Shown piece by piece: positions 1 to 11,914 of a DNA stretch of 64,000 bases. The stretch's first letter is position 1. Every line of letters begins with the position of its first letter. Where the stretch lies: assembly GCA_040954595.2 (NCBI GenBank), contig CM082585.2:200814-264813 (forward strand). Direction: 5' to 3'. The notes under the pieces were generated by a model, which saw only the letters and a program-made list of their open reading frames with translations, was not told the DNA's origin and did not search any database. The DNA comes from Balanoglossus misakiensis (lineage: Eukaryota > Animalia > Hemichordata). The translations under genes were made by a program, and so were the position numbers.

Positions 1-1109
1 CGTACTGTGTTCTGTCACAAAAAATCTGAAATTCCTCTTGCAAGCGAGTAAGTTGAGCCTTAAGGTCACCATGAATTTTGTCAATATGATCAGCTTTATC
101 TTCAGTACATTCCAAAGATTTTGTGACAGCTTCTAGTAAACATTTTTGGACTGTTTCTGTATTTAAGGGACAGTGCTGGGTATTATGGGTTTCACCCCTC
201 TTATTCAAAAAGGAATTGACAACACATCTAAACATACTTTCCCAAATTTGTGTTAGGAAGCGATGAGTTAGCTTGAAATTTGTACACTGTACTAGGGTTT
301 CCAAAGTTCCCCCTTTATGATTGCACCCTGCCAGATGTTTTAGGCCAGCATCCCAGAATATTTTCATGATGACTGGTTGGTAATTTTTTAGAGTGTGCCA
401 GTCTCTGATAAAAGGCTGCAACCAGTCTAAATTTGCACCATACATGTCTTTTAACTTTATCAGGTGATGGAAAGTTTTCCCATCACCAACCACAACCAGG
501 TATTTTATTCTTACACCAACTCTGAATGTAACATATACAGCTTATTGATAATGTTATGGACAGTTTCAATGGTGTCTGCGTGTTCACTTGATATGCCCAA
601 ATAAATGACATTTGAGCATTCACTGTCATTACTGTTAGCATTTGTTGCTAATGTTGATTTAAAATCCCCAAAAACTGTTTCTATATCCGCTCTGTGCATT
701 GCATTTTTCTGTAGAGCAAAAAAGAATTGTCAGAAAACAGTTCTGACCAAGCAATGGCTTCTTCTTGTTTAATGTCAAAATCTGACAGCGAAATTGATGA
801 CCGTGGTTGATGTTGTCTCAGTAGAGGTGGTTTAAATACTACATTATCATGAACAGTATCATCGGATTTTTTTTCTCCGTAAATGTACAGGCTTTTCTCA
901 CAGGTGCAACCAAACCTGTACCAGTATTTTTTAGATAGATCTGTCAACCATGATTTTAGTATTATTTCCACAAATTGCCAAAAATTTCATTCATTTCAGA
1001 GTCTACTGTATTTTGTGAACAAAAGCCACTGTTTAATTCCTGCCACCGTTCAAATGAATTCCGTGCATTTTCACTCACCAGACTATCTTTACTTTTAATT
1101 AACTGCCTG

Positions 1110-1600
1110 TTAAGAAGCAAATCATAATGGCCTGGTTGACCTGGCCTGTCTGGTGTGTACAAGAGACAGACAGGCTCAGTCTTGGAGAACACATCACCAT
1201 CACCTCTTGCAAATATATCATTCTGCTTGGTGTATATATGTAATGGACATTTTGCAACATACACTACAGATAACATTTCTGGCATACCAGCATATTCATC
1301 TGCCTTTTCCATACATTGTGTTCTGTGCAAAATGTCCATATAACGAGTGCCGTCTAACAGGACATCAAGTTGTGCATCATCCATTCCTTCAAAGTATATA
1401 TGATTGGCACGCATTATGTCTACTGTATCTGCTCTTAACTTGTCTGCGAATATTTTCTCTCGGTCAGCTAAAATTGGGTCAGAAGGGAGTCCACTAGGTA
1501 GATGATCGCAATTTTGCAATGCAATATCATTTCTCACAGAGATGCTCCTGAAAAAGCACCTTCCATCACCATATATGTTGATTAGCTTAAAATCTTTGAC
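1110..1600 (-). other. OTU-like cysteine protease (deubiquitinase) domain inside the transposase ORF
   Basis: ORF 962..1855 contains a Cys box IYGDGRCFFRSI (Cys codon ~1556-1558), the segment YAGMPEMLSVVYVAKCPLHIY, and a His box LLY.......GHYDLL (~1121-1132). Confidence 0.85.
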
Positions 1601-2126
1601 AGTTGAATGTTTGTCATGACTGCCAAAAACAATATCATCAACACTGTTCAAAATTGACTTTGGTTTTGGTTGGACCATTTGATAAGAGGTACCGTGGAAA
1701 CCTCTGTCCTTTGGATCAGCTCTAACAGCTGCATATTTAGCTGATTTATCAATATTATCAATGGAAGTTATACAAAATGCATTATTTGCAATATTTTCCT
1801 CTGTGAAATCAGCTGATGTTCTTTTGTTGATAATTCCCAACATGTATCTATGCAATGTATCTCCAGAACAAATAATACCAAATCAATTTAGAATTTTCAC
1901 TAGAGTAGATGACCTACTATAACCTTCAACAATGTCAGCCAGGTAAGTATGCAATGGGTAAGTACAATGATCAGAACAAGTGAACAATAGCATACACACA
2001 AAACAAACGCCTGAGGAATCGTGCTCTACTCTCCATAGAGTGCTGGTCATAAAATCCATAGTAGTGTTTATTCCATTCAAAGTTGGGGCTTTTTAATTTA
2101 CTGCATTCACTGTTGTTCAACGTTTT

Positions 2127-3316
2127 ATCACGTGAACTGGCCCGTATAGCCGCTTGTGTGACGTAGAACAGGTCGAATAAAAAATCCGAATTTACCCCTG
2201 TTCTACGTCATCAACCGGAACTATTTACACTGATTCGCCCGTCGCTGTAACTTTCTTGTGAAACGGAATAAACAAGTGGATGTACCCGTAGTTGTACATA
2301 ATTCATATAAAACTGACGGTTCCATGACGGTTCCGTAAGAATATCGCTGGGTAAAATCAATACGAGAAAGGTAGAATTTGAAACGTCGACGCTACGATCG
2401 TGAATGTGTGCTTGCAGCTAGCGGTCCTGGTCCCGAGCGAGCCAGCACATTTTAGGCTTACAGAAGTTACGAGAATGGTTTTGTTCCAGCTGAGCGGGAT
2501 GACTAACACTCTGTATTCTGTCCACTGGTCAACGATAAGTATAAGACGTGGAAAAAACTTCGCAATTCATTTGTTTGAGAATCGAAAACATTTGTCTGGG
2601 GTCCAAGGCTGAGATTCTGTACGACGGTTGTATTTCCGCGGAAGCACAACTGCGCTGACTAGCCAGGCCAACGCAAACGCAACCTTGAACCTTGAACATC
2701 GATCCTGGACTAATATTTTTAATATCCAGTCACAATAACGGTTTTAGGATATGTGGCAATGGAACTGTGTTTATTTTTTCATAAAGTTTTACAGTGAAGT
2801 GCGTCATTTTTTCTGTCAAACTGCGACTTGCAGCATAACTTTGCAGGCAACTGTACACAGCGCGAGACAATGATTGACAGGCAGAATGTATCAAAATTCT
2901 GGCCCATGTGACTGACTTCGCGAATCTGATTGGTAGACAAGACGCAAAAGTGTAAAAACATGAAAGTCGATTTCACTTTATGAATGACAGTGATTCCATA
3001 ATTAGCATATCTCGTTGGGGCCACAGATCGTTGCGCAGGGGAAAGAACGTAATCCCGCTAAATAAACTACAAGGCCGCTAGAATATTTTAGCAGGATATT
3101 GGAATATTGTATCCTACCTCTTCTAACGAAAAATAAGAAGACTTCATGTGATAAATATATAATCCCATGATATTTTTCTTTATTTAACGTCATCGTATAC
3201 TCGTGGTTTTCGCGGAGTCTAGCAACTTCTCGCCTACGGCTCGAAGTTGCACGGCTCTGCGAAAACACTCGTATACGATGACGTCAAACAAAGAAAAATA
3301 TCATGGGATTATATAT
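2127..3316. mobile_element. Non-autonomous element with a one-sided 160-bp terminal hairpin (hairpin family 1), inserted into the transposase gene
   Basis: It splits the coding sequence between ...LWNTIFI (3317) and TLNNSEC... (~2123). Imperfect palindrome at 3155-3316 with apex CTCG-CCTACGG-CTCG (3229-3243). No TIRs seen. Confidence 0.75.
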
Positions 3317-4720
3317 AAAAATAGTATTCCATAACACAGGGTCAATCTCACTGACAATATATTCAACATCAAGTGTACTCAGATCAATAGTGTTTGTTTT
3401 GCAGTAATTACTGAATTTTTAAGATTGCTGATAAATGCTGGCATTTAATTTCACAGCCACCAAATCAAGCATTTTGAAAAAGTCAACGTCAACTTTACTC
3501 AAGTCTCTTACTTGCTTTTCAAGCCTCTCTATCTGTTTCTCAGCTTGCACAACATACTGGGGATGTTCGACAAGTGCATTTTGGAGGGCAATAGTGAGAT
3601 CTGAACCCGTTCGGTACAAAAAGGTGGAGAACTTTCTACTCACTTTTGATACAACAGAAAGGTGAATTGGATAATACACACATAGAAATTCCCGAATAAG
3701 CCAGCTATTAGGTTTTCTGTGGAATTCCACTGGTTGTACCTTGACCTTGGGTCACAAAGTCTGATAAACATCGTCTAAACAATCATTGAAATATTGCCTG
3801 ACGTCAAACAATAGAATGGCGTGTTTTCTGAGGAGCACTTCTCCTAAAAAGACAACAGTTTTCCAGCATGCAAAATTCACCAAGTCGGTGTCACAGCTGC
3901 AGCCTTTTTGTAGCATTGTGACATATTTTTTAATTTCTTCAGCAAGTGCTATATCACTCGACATAATTAGGCCTTGTTGAATACTACACCTTGCTTTTTC
4001 CGCTAAAGCAACAAATGTTTTATAACATTTCAAACAAATCAGGCTGTCTTGAGTAAGGGCAAATGGTGTGTTAGTTTGTTGGTGAAATGTTTGCACCATA
4101 TCAAAATCAGGGATTTTAAACAAATTGTTTGCCCGTGATAAGCACGAAGTACACAAGGGATGGCTTTTTCTCATAGCAAGGATGTAGTGACGTTGACACA
4201 GTGGAAATGATGAAAATCCTTTAAAACCTGAGTTGTCTATACTCAATTTTGTACACAGTCCTCTTCGCCAGAAATCAGCTCTATAATGTCGCGTAAAAAA
4301 ATGGCCTATTTCGCGACCCTTCAGCGGGGCCCAAGGTAACGGCTACATGGTATGAAGTTCTTTCCCTCATTAACATATGTTAATGAGTACCATGCGATCT
4401 GACTGTACAGACACACATACACAACGAGAGATTAACAGGCAAACACTGGCTGACCCATAAGCTGCCAATGGCATGTGTACTGTACACACAGCAAATGGTC
4501 TCTTTAACAGATAGCCAGTTATGAAAACATGCAGTTACCAATCACTGTTATTATTGACAAATTGCATCCAAGTCCAGACCCAGGCTTGAATACAATTTTT
4601 AAACAATAACAACATTGCTTACCCTGCTTCACCGAGCTGAACAAGAAATGATGGTTGATAACCAGCATAATACTGAATAAAAATTCAAAAGTTACAGATA
4701 TAGGACCTTTCGTTGCCCAC

Positions 4721-5095
4721 ATATTATATTACCATGGTCTGTGCGTCGCATTTTAATTGGTCAAGATGAACGACATCACTGACCACAAATACCCAGTAAT
4801 GGTTTGTTTACATGCCCGTAAATCTGAATAGTAATATTAGCAAATAGTTCAGTGAACACAACATTTTGCATAACACAAGTTCCGGGGCCCCTAGTCTTGT
4901 GTGTGGGACATTTTCATAAATATTGATGGTTTTCTTGAGATTGTTGGTAATGTAATGGAAATAAATGCAGGGCTCGGGCTCTAGGAAAGCCAAATTTCAT
5001 GGGCTCAGAAGCCTTGCCCATGAATTTTGGGCTTTCCCCTCGCCCTTGCCCATAAACAAACATTAATGGTCAGGGCATCGTGCATTATTTCTATA
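4721..5095. mobile_element. Degenerate terminal-hairpin element (hairpin family 5)
   Basis: Begins ATATTATATTACCATGG...TTAATTGGTC, resembling the non-hairpin end of family 2. Ends in a decayed palindrome gaaataaatgca...catggg-ctcagaagccttg-cccatg...tgcattatttc. Confidence 0.45.
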
Positions 5096-5531
5096 TTGTG
5101 TTGATCTTACCTGTACACTCTCCATTGACCAATCAATATTCCACAGCACAAGTGCAATAAAAAGAGCCTGCTGTATTCACACACTGGCCTCCACAAAGAT
5201 CTGCTCTCTCCATATATTCATTGACATCTGAAATCAAAGATAGTTATTATTAATAAATTTATTATTATTTATTTCCTAACAAATGTAATACACATACATC
5301 TCAGTGCATTTTCTACAGAAAATAATAAAATTAGAAAACAAGTGAAAGCTTAAAGGATAAAAATTACACTTAAAAACCCCAAACAAACAGAAACAGTTCT
5401 GAAAGACAATGGAATGAAATAGTGCTGAATAAAAGGACGAGTCTTAAAAACCCCTTTGAAAACTGTCAATAGATCCAGCATTGTGGATAGAAGGTGCACA
5501 AACACTGAATCCTCTTTAGCCATATGCCTTG

Positions 5532-7267
5532 TTAGGGTTTCGAGACCAGAGGGGTCTCGAAACCCTCTTGAAATCGTGTTGTTTTTTATTATTATTATTA
5601 TTATTCTTCTTCCCACTTTTAAAAACAGCCGCTATTCGAAGACCGTTGCACCCAATGACTTGAAATTTGGCTCATAGGTAAAACTCAAAGCAAGTAATTT
5701 TTTGATCATGTCACTATGGCAACAGGTCACATGACCTGGCAGCCATCTTGGATTTAAACTTTTAAATTGGTCTAATTTGCATAAAAAATGAAGAATCCAA
5801 ATTCTGTTCAGAAACTTTGTGGACCATATGGCCAGGGTCCTATATGCCAAATTTCAATGTCTAAGTCCTTGCCGATTTTGAGGAGATGATTTTTAAAGCA
5901 TTATTTTTCATATTTTCCATGACCATTGGACCCAGCCATTGGCCTATACTTTCCATGGTTAAGCAATGGCCCCCTAGGATTTTAGATTTATGCCCAATAT
6001 CTCAACATCCGCTGGGCTGATCAGCTTCAAATTTTGTGTGCAGCTAGCCTACCTTCCGACAATCAGTTCCAACTGGAAAAAATAATATGGAAAATCGACC
6101 GATTTTTTTATATTAATTTTTTTATGAAATCTATACCTATACTTATTCCACTATACTTAAGCTATGGCCACATAGTTTCGTAGAATTCTGGTCGGTGCAA
6201 TAGTCTGCAGCATGGGACCAAAATAAGAAGCCACATTTAAGGCTCACCTGTGACACCTGCTCAACTCATTAATTATGTGCATACCTAATTCCAGGCAAAC
6301 CAACAGGGCTACAGGTCTGATTTTTGTCGGACATGGACCAGTATGGGGTCAAATTTTTTTCCCAAATTTTGGGTGACCTTGGGTGACCTTTGACCTACTT
6401 TCGCATATCTCAGCATCCAGAGCAGGTACAGCTCAGGTGTTTGGGTGGATGGGACCAAAATAAGAAGCCAAATTTAAGGCTCACCTGTGACACCTGCTCA
6501 ACTCATTAATTATGTGCATACCTAATTCCAGGCAAACCAATAGGGCTACAGGTCTGGTTTTTGTCGGACATGGACCAGTATGGGGTCAAATTTTTTCCCC
6601 AAATTTTGGGTGACCTTGGGTGACCTTTGACCTACTTTCGCATATCTCAGCATCCAGAGCAGGTACAGCTCAGGTGTTTGGGTGGATGGGACCAAAATAA
6701 GAAGCCAAATTTAAGGCTCACCTGTGACACCTGCTTAACTCATTAACTATGTGCATACCTAATTCCAGGCAAACCAATAGGGCTACAGGTCTGGTTTTTG
6801 TCAGACATGGACCAGTATGGGGACAATTTTTTTTCCCAAACTTTGGATGTCCTTGGGTGACCTTTGACCTACTTTCACATATCTCGGCATCCAGAGCAGG
6901 TACAGCTTAGGTGTTTGGGTGGACGGGACCAAAATAAGAAGCCAAATTTTAGAGTCACCTGTGACACCTGCCTAACTCATTAATTATGTGCATACCTAAT
7001 TCCAGGCAAACCAGTAGGGCTACAGATCTGGTTTTTGTTTGACATGGACCAGTATAGCGTAAACATTTTCTGCTCATATTAAGCATGACCTCACGTGACC
7101 TTTGACCTACTTTTCCACATCTCAGCATCCACAGCACATACACCCTTGGCATTTGGAGTGATAGAACAACTAATGCAGTAATTAAATATGCACAAATCTA
7201 TCTCCAGGCGAACCAATAGGGCTAGTAGTGTCTCGAAACCCGCTTATTGCTGTTCACAGCTATATTT
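5532..7267 (+). mobile_element. Helentron-associated non-autonomous element (HINE/DINE-1-like) with internal 237-bp tandem repeats
   Basis: 5' inverted repeat GGGTTTCGAGACC..GGTCTCGAAACCC, an (ATT)n microsatellite, a central tandem array, a 3' subTIR GTCTCGAAACCC (~7230) and a 3' stem-loop ATTGCTGTTCACAGCTAT before a T-run. Confidence 0.75.
6214..7225 (+). repeat. 237-bp tandem repeat, ~4 copies
   Basis: GGGACCAAAATAAGAAGCC recurs at ~6214, 6451, 6688 and 6925. Confidence 0.95.
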
Positions 7268-7884
7268 AAGTTTTGAAATGATCATTCATGGTGATGAGTT
7301 ATCAAGAATATGCCCGTTAAAAATTACTGTACCCTCAGAGAAGCATTTTGTAATGTCTTTAAAATGAGATGAAAACTATATGAATTTTCTAAGTGCATAT
7401 TTATTCTTTGCAGAGGTAATTTACTTAGCTATAGGTTGATAATTTATGTTAATTTCATTGAATTATGCAAATAAGTAGCGAAAATACTTGTACATGAATA
7501 TATCAGACAGTCTTATAGTGTCGTGTGAGGTTGATGACACATATTCTTAACCACATATTTCTTGATCAATTAATTGTGTTTACACCAAAGTCCTCAATAT
7601 CCATGGCAATCTCTTCCTAGGAATTTTAACACTCTCTCCAAAATCCCCTGAAACTTGTGTACCCTGTCAGCAAAACTCTGTCTGATTTTTAAAATACAGA
7701 TTACTTTTTCACCCTTGCAAACACATTTTCAAAGATAAGTTTTCACATTTGTTAATTTGTTTATATTATGCATAATTGTAATTGGAAAAATTCTAAGATA
7801 CAATTTCAACAAACATGTGTTCAGTACGAGTGTGCGGTTGATTTCAAATTTTAAAATGTGTGCAATGGAAAGACAGGATGTGTG

Positions 7885-8078
7885 TTTAGCTGATTGTAAC
7901 CATAGCAATATGCAATCCCCAAACAGTGTAGCCACAGAAGAGACCAATGTTTAGCTGATTGTAACCATAGCAATATACAATCCCCAAACAATGTAGCCAC
8001 AGAAGAGACCAATGTTTAGCTGATTGTAACCATAGCAATATACAATCCCCAAACAATGTAGCCACAGAAGAGACCAAA
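7885..8078. repeat. 65-bp tandem repeat, 3 copies
   Basis: TTTAGCTGATTGTAACCATAGCAATAT..AATCCCCAAAC..TGTAGCCACAGAAGAGACCAA occurs three times. Confidence 0.95.
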
Positions 8079-8094
8079 ATCCACAGTTACATAC

Positions 8095-8217
8095 CGCCAC
8101 ATGCATGGCCATCTTCCAGCAGATAGAATCCTGGTCTGCAAGCGCAGAGATAACTACCATGGGTATTCTGACAACAGTGTTGACATGCATTTCCACCACT
8201 GTGACATTCATTCATAT
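8095..8217 (-). CDS. Single calcium-binding EGF-like domain exon of a host extracellular protein gene
   Basis: 123-bp phase 1-1 exon bounded by ccag| and |gtatgt, translating (D)MNECHSGGNACQHCCQNTHGSYLCACRPGFYLLEDGHACG. It fits the cbEGF consensus D.NEC...C.N..GSY.C.C..GF.L..DG..C. Confidence 0.9.
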
Positions 8218-8551
8218 CTGGAGGGTAAGAAGAAATTAGAAATTATTTACAAGCATTACATTATTCAAGATAAGCCTACTCTTGACTACTGGAATCTCAC
8301 ACCAAAGACACCTGGGCTCAGATTTATAACAAGATGGGGATAATCATTTGAGACAAAATATCCCCAAACTTAATATATATTGTCGATGTAACATTATAAC
8401 ATAGTTATATCACTGTCAGGCATTTATGTCCTACAGTCAAGCGGTTTTAGGCACCTGCAGTCATTTTGATGGAGTTGGTTTGAATCCCACCAGTGCCAGA
8501 AGTGTGAGATGGTCAACTGGACTTGAGGCGTTTGAGTTCAACCAAACTTTA

Positions 8552-9881
8552 TGTAACCCGGTTTACAAAATAAACCATGTGATAGTCATGTGATATGCTG
8601 TCCCAAGGGATGATCATTTCCCGCCAAATAGGGTCACGTGATAAAAGTTTCAGTCACGTAATGACTTTCCTTTATACAACAATGTGAGACTGTCAAGTTT
8701 CAGTCCACTGACGGCTAACACTTCTGTGGACGAAGTGCAGCGTTTCTTGTTAGGGACTTGCCCTAGGGACTTGCCCTAGCCTTCTCATGTTTGTTTACAA
8801 AATGAGATGTCTTTCAAACGGATTTATTTGAAACCTACAGAACTGTGCTGAGTGTTGAATTCGGAACTGTGGATTGTACACTATTGCAAGCCCGAGTGGG
8901 AAGCCCTAGATGCGTGCGTGTGTATAGGAAAATACCCATTGCGTGTGTGGAGGGATACTCGTCTGCAACGTAGATCATGACAACACAGGCCAGGACTCGC
9001 CGGTTGCCAGGGACCGATTTACGACGTTGACACAGCCAGCTCCGTATCATCGCTTATTCGCAGTTTAGCGGAACAGCTAAGTTGAATAGACTGTAGGGTT
9101 TCTGTTTTGATGAACACTGGACTTACTAGTAATTCAGTGATAACACTGTGGACTAGTGGATTTCTATGCAAGTCATTTATTCAGTGTTTCCATCATTGTA
9201 AAGCGACCAATATTTCAGTTAGATAGTTCTCTAGTTATTATAACAATAAAATAGCAATACCGTTGACTGCTAACAATTTGTGCGATATCTGTTCTTGTTG
9301 TTGAAGGCACGTAAGCTGTAACTTTTGGGATAATTTTCATAATTTTTGTTTCACACTGCACTACCATTAGTCCATGCAGATGAAGGCAGTGAACTATTCA
9401 CAAGCATTATAAACCCTAAATATGAGTGCATATGCAAGTTTTAACCAGATAAATAATAAAGCTTTGCCGCAAGCGATTATGGCCGCCACCGTGGGAAAAT
9501 GAAAGAAACAATGAAAATGTCGCATTTCCGGCTGTGAAACTTCATAAACAAAACATGATCTCATCCACTTTAGCTCATGGAAGTAAATGTACACCACTGA
9601 GACATCAGATTTTCATTTTTCATTGCAATATTGCACTTTTTTAAAAATTTCAGGAATTTTTGTTTTTCTTTAATTTTTGACCATTTTGTCATAAATAAGT
9701 GTTGAGCTTGATATATTATCATGAAATAGCATTTAATAGATATAATTAAAAGCATATATGAGATTATTTAAAACTTTAATTTTTTATCCAGTTGCAGCTT
9801 ACGTGCCTTTGACCTTGAATGAACTCGGTCCGCGTAGTGTTGACTTGTGTTGTGAATAACCAAATCAAACTCTGGGTTACA
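8552..9881 (+). repeat. 5' LTR (~820 bp plus a 504-bp MITE insertion)
   Basis: TGTAACCC...GGGTTACA inverted termini. The first ~290 bp match 16648-16907. The PBS follows 4 nt downstream. Confidence 0.9.
9305..9808. mobile_element. Kolobok-type MITE inserted in the 5' LTR
   Basis: TIRs AGGCACGTAAGCTG(T/C)AACT / AGTTGCAGCTTACGTGCCT, with a 4-bp TSD TTGA on both sides (9301-9304 and 9809-9812). Confidence 0.8.
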
Positions 9882-9885
9882 AAAG

Positions 9886-9903
9886 TGGGGGCTCGTCCGG
9901 GAT
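9886..9903 (+). promoter_or_regulatory. Primer binding site, tRNA-Pro
   Basis: TGGGGGCTCGTCCGGGAT, the 18-nt tRNA-Pro PBS also used by murine leukemia virus. Confidence 0.93.
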
Positions 9904-10114
9904 GTGGTGTGGTTGTGTGTTAATATACATACATACTATACTTTGTGGATTGGATATCGCGCAAATTTATGCAGTGTATTGCTATTGTACCTGTATGTAG
10001 ATAAATATTTTGACTTTGGTAATAGTTTAAAAGTGAAAGACCAACCTCATTATTATTAGCATTGTATTGCATTCTGGGTAATTGTTTTTCATCCATCCCT
10101 AAGACTTTACAAGC

Positions 10115-11905
10115 ATGGAAAGTAGGGAGGATTTTCACGCTTGGTGTCGGGAAAACAGAATTGATTTGGAGAATGCGGTGATTATCCGATTTTCCAACAA
10201 AGGGAAATATGCATTATCTGAATTGGTTGACATTGTAGAAAAGGATTTCAAAAATTGTATCACTGAAATTCATATTGTTGATATTTTGCAAGAGCCCACA
10301 GTCATGATGCTGGGGTGCCCCATTGGTAATGGGAAGATTGATACAGCATTTCATATGTTTGAATTTAACGCTGGGTCTAGTTATACTATCATTTTGCCTG
10401 CCTTGTTACCCAAAGCAAAGTCAACCCTTTCGGTCAAGGTCAAGCGGAAGCAGCGCCCTCAACAGGTGGATGAAGATATTTCCCTGGGAGCCACTTGCCT
10501 TGGTATGAGGGGCAGATCTTTGACAACCGACCGAAGACACAGTGGAAGGGGAAGCAGAATGAGGGATGTGTTGGCAAAAGAGATTGAGGACTAACGCGCC
10601 ACCAAAGGAGACACCATGTCGTTACCGCCAACTGTTGGATCTCACAGCAAGGGTAAGAGCACACACCTGAGAAGTCCACAGTCACCGTATGTTGCGCCGA
10701 CTATACCGCCAAACATGGGAACTCCACCAGTGTTTGAGAGCGCCACGCCACCTAATACTCCATCCCAAGGTGAAGGTGACACTGCATACGTACAAATGAT
10801 GGAACGTTTGCTGGCCAACCTGCAGACAAAACCCACAGAGAACACTAGATACCGTAAGCTGAAGTCATTCTCAGGGAAACAGCCTGTGCAATCCAATGAG
10901 GACGACTATGAAAGTTGGGCAGAGCAAGCTGACCAGATGATTGCAGAGTGGGACTGTACAGAAAGTGAGAAAAAGAAACGAATTGCGGAGAGTTTGTCCG
11001 GGGATGCTCTCAGCACAATCCGTGCATTGCCACAGGGAGAGAGCACTGCCAAAGATTACCTCCGTGCATTGGAAAGTGTGTTTGGCTCCACGGAAACACC
11101 AGATGAAGCACTGCATTCATTCCGAACATTCACACAGGAAGAAACGTGGTCCCATTCAGAGTACTTACGAAGACTGCAGAAGTTGCTTCGTCGAGCAGTA
11201 CTGAAGGGGAGCATAGATACAGAGAAGGCCGATTATTATTGCCTTGACCAGTTTCTGAAGGGAGTACTTTACAATGAAGACCACTTGTCATCATTGCGGC
11301 TCAGAGATCGACTGACCAACCCTCCAAGCTTTGTTGAACTGATTCAAGAGGTTAGACAGGAGGAGGCACGACAAGCAAGAAAAGCACAGAAACGGGCACA
11401 GAAAACAGTGAGAAACACCGTTGATAGCCAGATGAATATGCTTCAAGGTTTTGAGGCCAATGCCAGTATGACCACTGGTACGACACCCGCTACAGAAAGT
11501 CCACTGATACAGCAGCTATTACAGAAGATGGATAACCTAATGCAGCATGTGGCCGTCCCCGCAGCAGCCAGCCAACCCAGTACTCCACCAGTCGCCACTG
11601 CCCCAGTGTCAAATAGGGAACCAAGGAGGAGAGATAGAAACCGTAGACCACAACAGAGTGTTGTAGTGAGCCAGCCCACTCAGCCGACACCTGAAACTAC
11701 CCCTGTTGCCATGGAAACAACCAACTCGCCATCATCTATAAAAGCTACACTCCAGGGCGCCTCTTTTTGTTTCACTTGCGGTCAAGATGGACACCCAGAG
11801 AAGCGATGTCCGAATAAAAGCAGCCCTAACTTACAATTTGTCAAGCAGAAGTTTGCCAAACTGTTTTTCGAGTTGAAGGGAAACTACCAGGGACACCCCC
11901 AGTAG
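10115..11905 (+). pseudogene. gag: gag (PNMA-like N-terminal and capsid domains, CCHC zinc knuckle) with one in-frame stop at 10592-10594
   Basis: ORFs 10115..10594 and 10616..11905 share a frame. YRKLKSFSGKQPV..NEDDYESW.EQA...EKKKRIAESL.G.AL is a PNMA-type capsid; CFTCGQDGHPEKRC is a zinc knuckle. Confidence 0.9.
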
Positions 11906-11914
11906 AGGGTGTCC
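11878..11914 (+). promoter_or_regulatory. Programmed -1 ribosomal frameshift signal (gag-pol)
   Basis: Slippery heptamer G GGA AAC (11878-11884) in the gag frame, a 6-nt spacer, then an 8-bp stem GGACACCC/GGGTGTCC (11891-11914). The -1 frame is open into the protease. Confidence 0.8.

Larger units (their letters stand above)
1..4290 (-). pseudogene. Degraded Academ-like DDE transposase gene with an internal OTU domain, interrupted by stops, frameshifts and a 1.2 kb insertion; runs off the window at position 1
   Basis: Collinear minus-strand segments, N to C: Cys-rich region (CQRHY, CTSC, CLKC; 3752-4246); IDPVLWN (~3330); RRLF..C..LF....C.YPLH..L.D.VE....S..LVKILN*FGI..S.DTL (2120-1856); SIDNID...FHGT..Q.VQPKP (~1780-1660); then VVVGDGKTFHHL...LDWLQPFIRDWHTLKNYQPVIMK.FWDAGL...NFKLTHRFL.QIWE, open from ~510 to 1. 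The motif order matches my recollection of Academ/DUF6589-type transposases. In-frame stops at 3752, 3419 and 1883; frameshifts near 1990, 965, 690 and 511. Confidence 0.7.
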
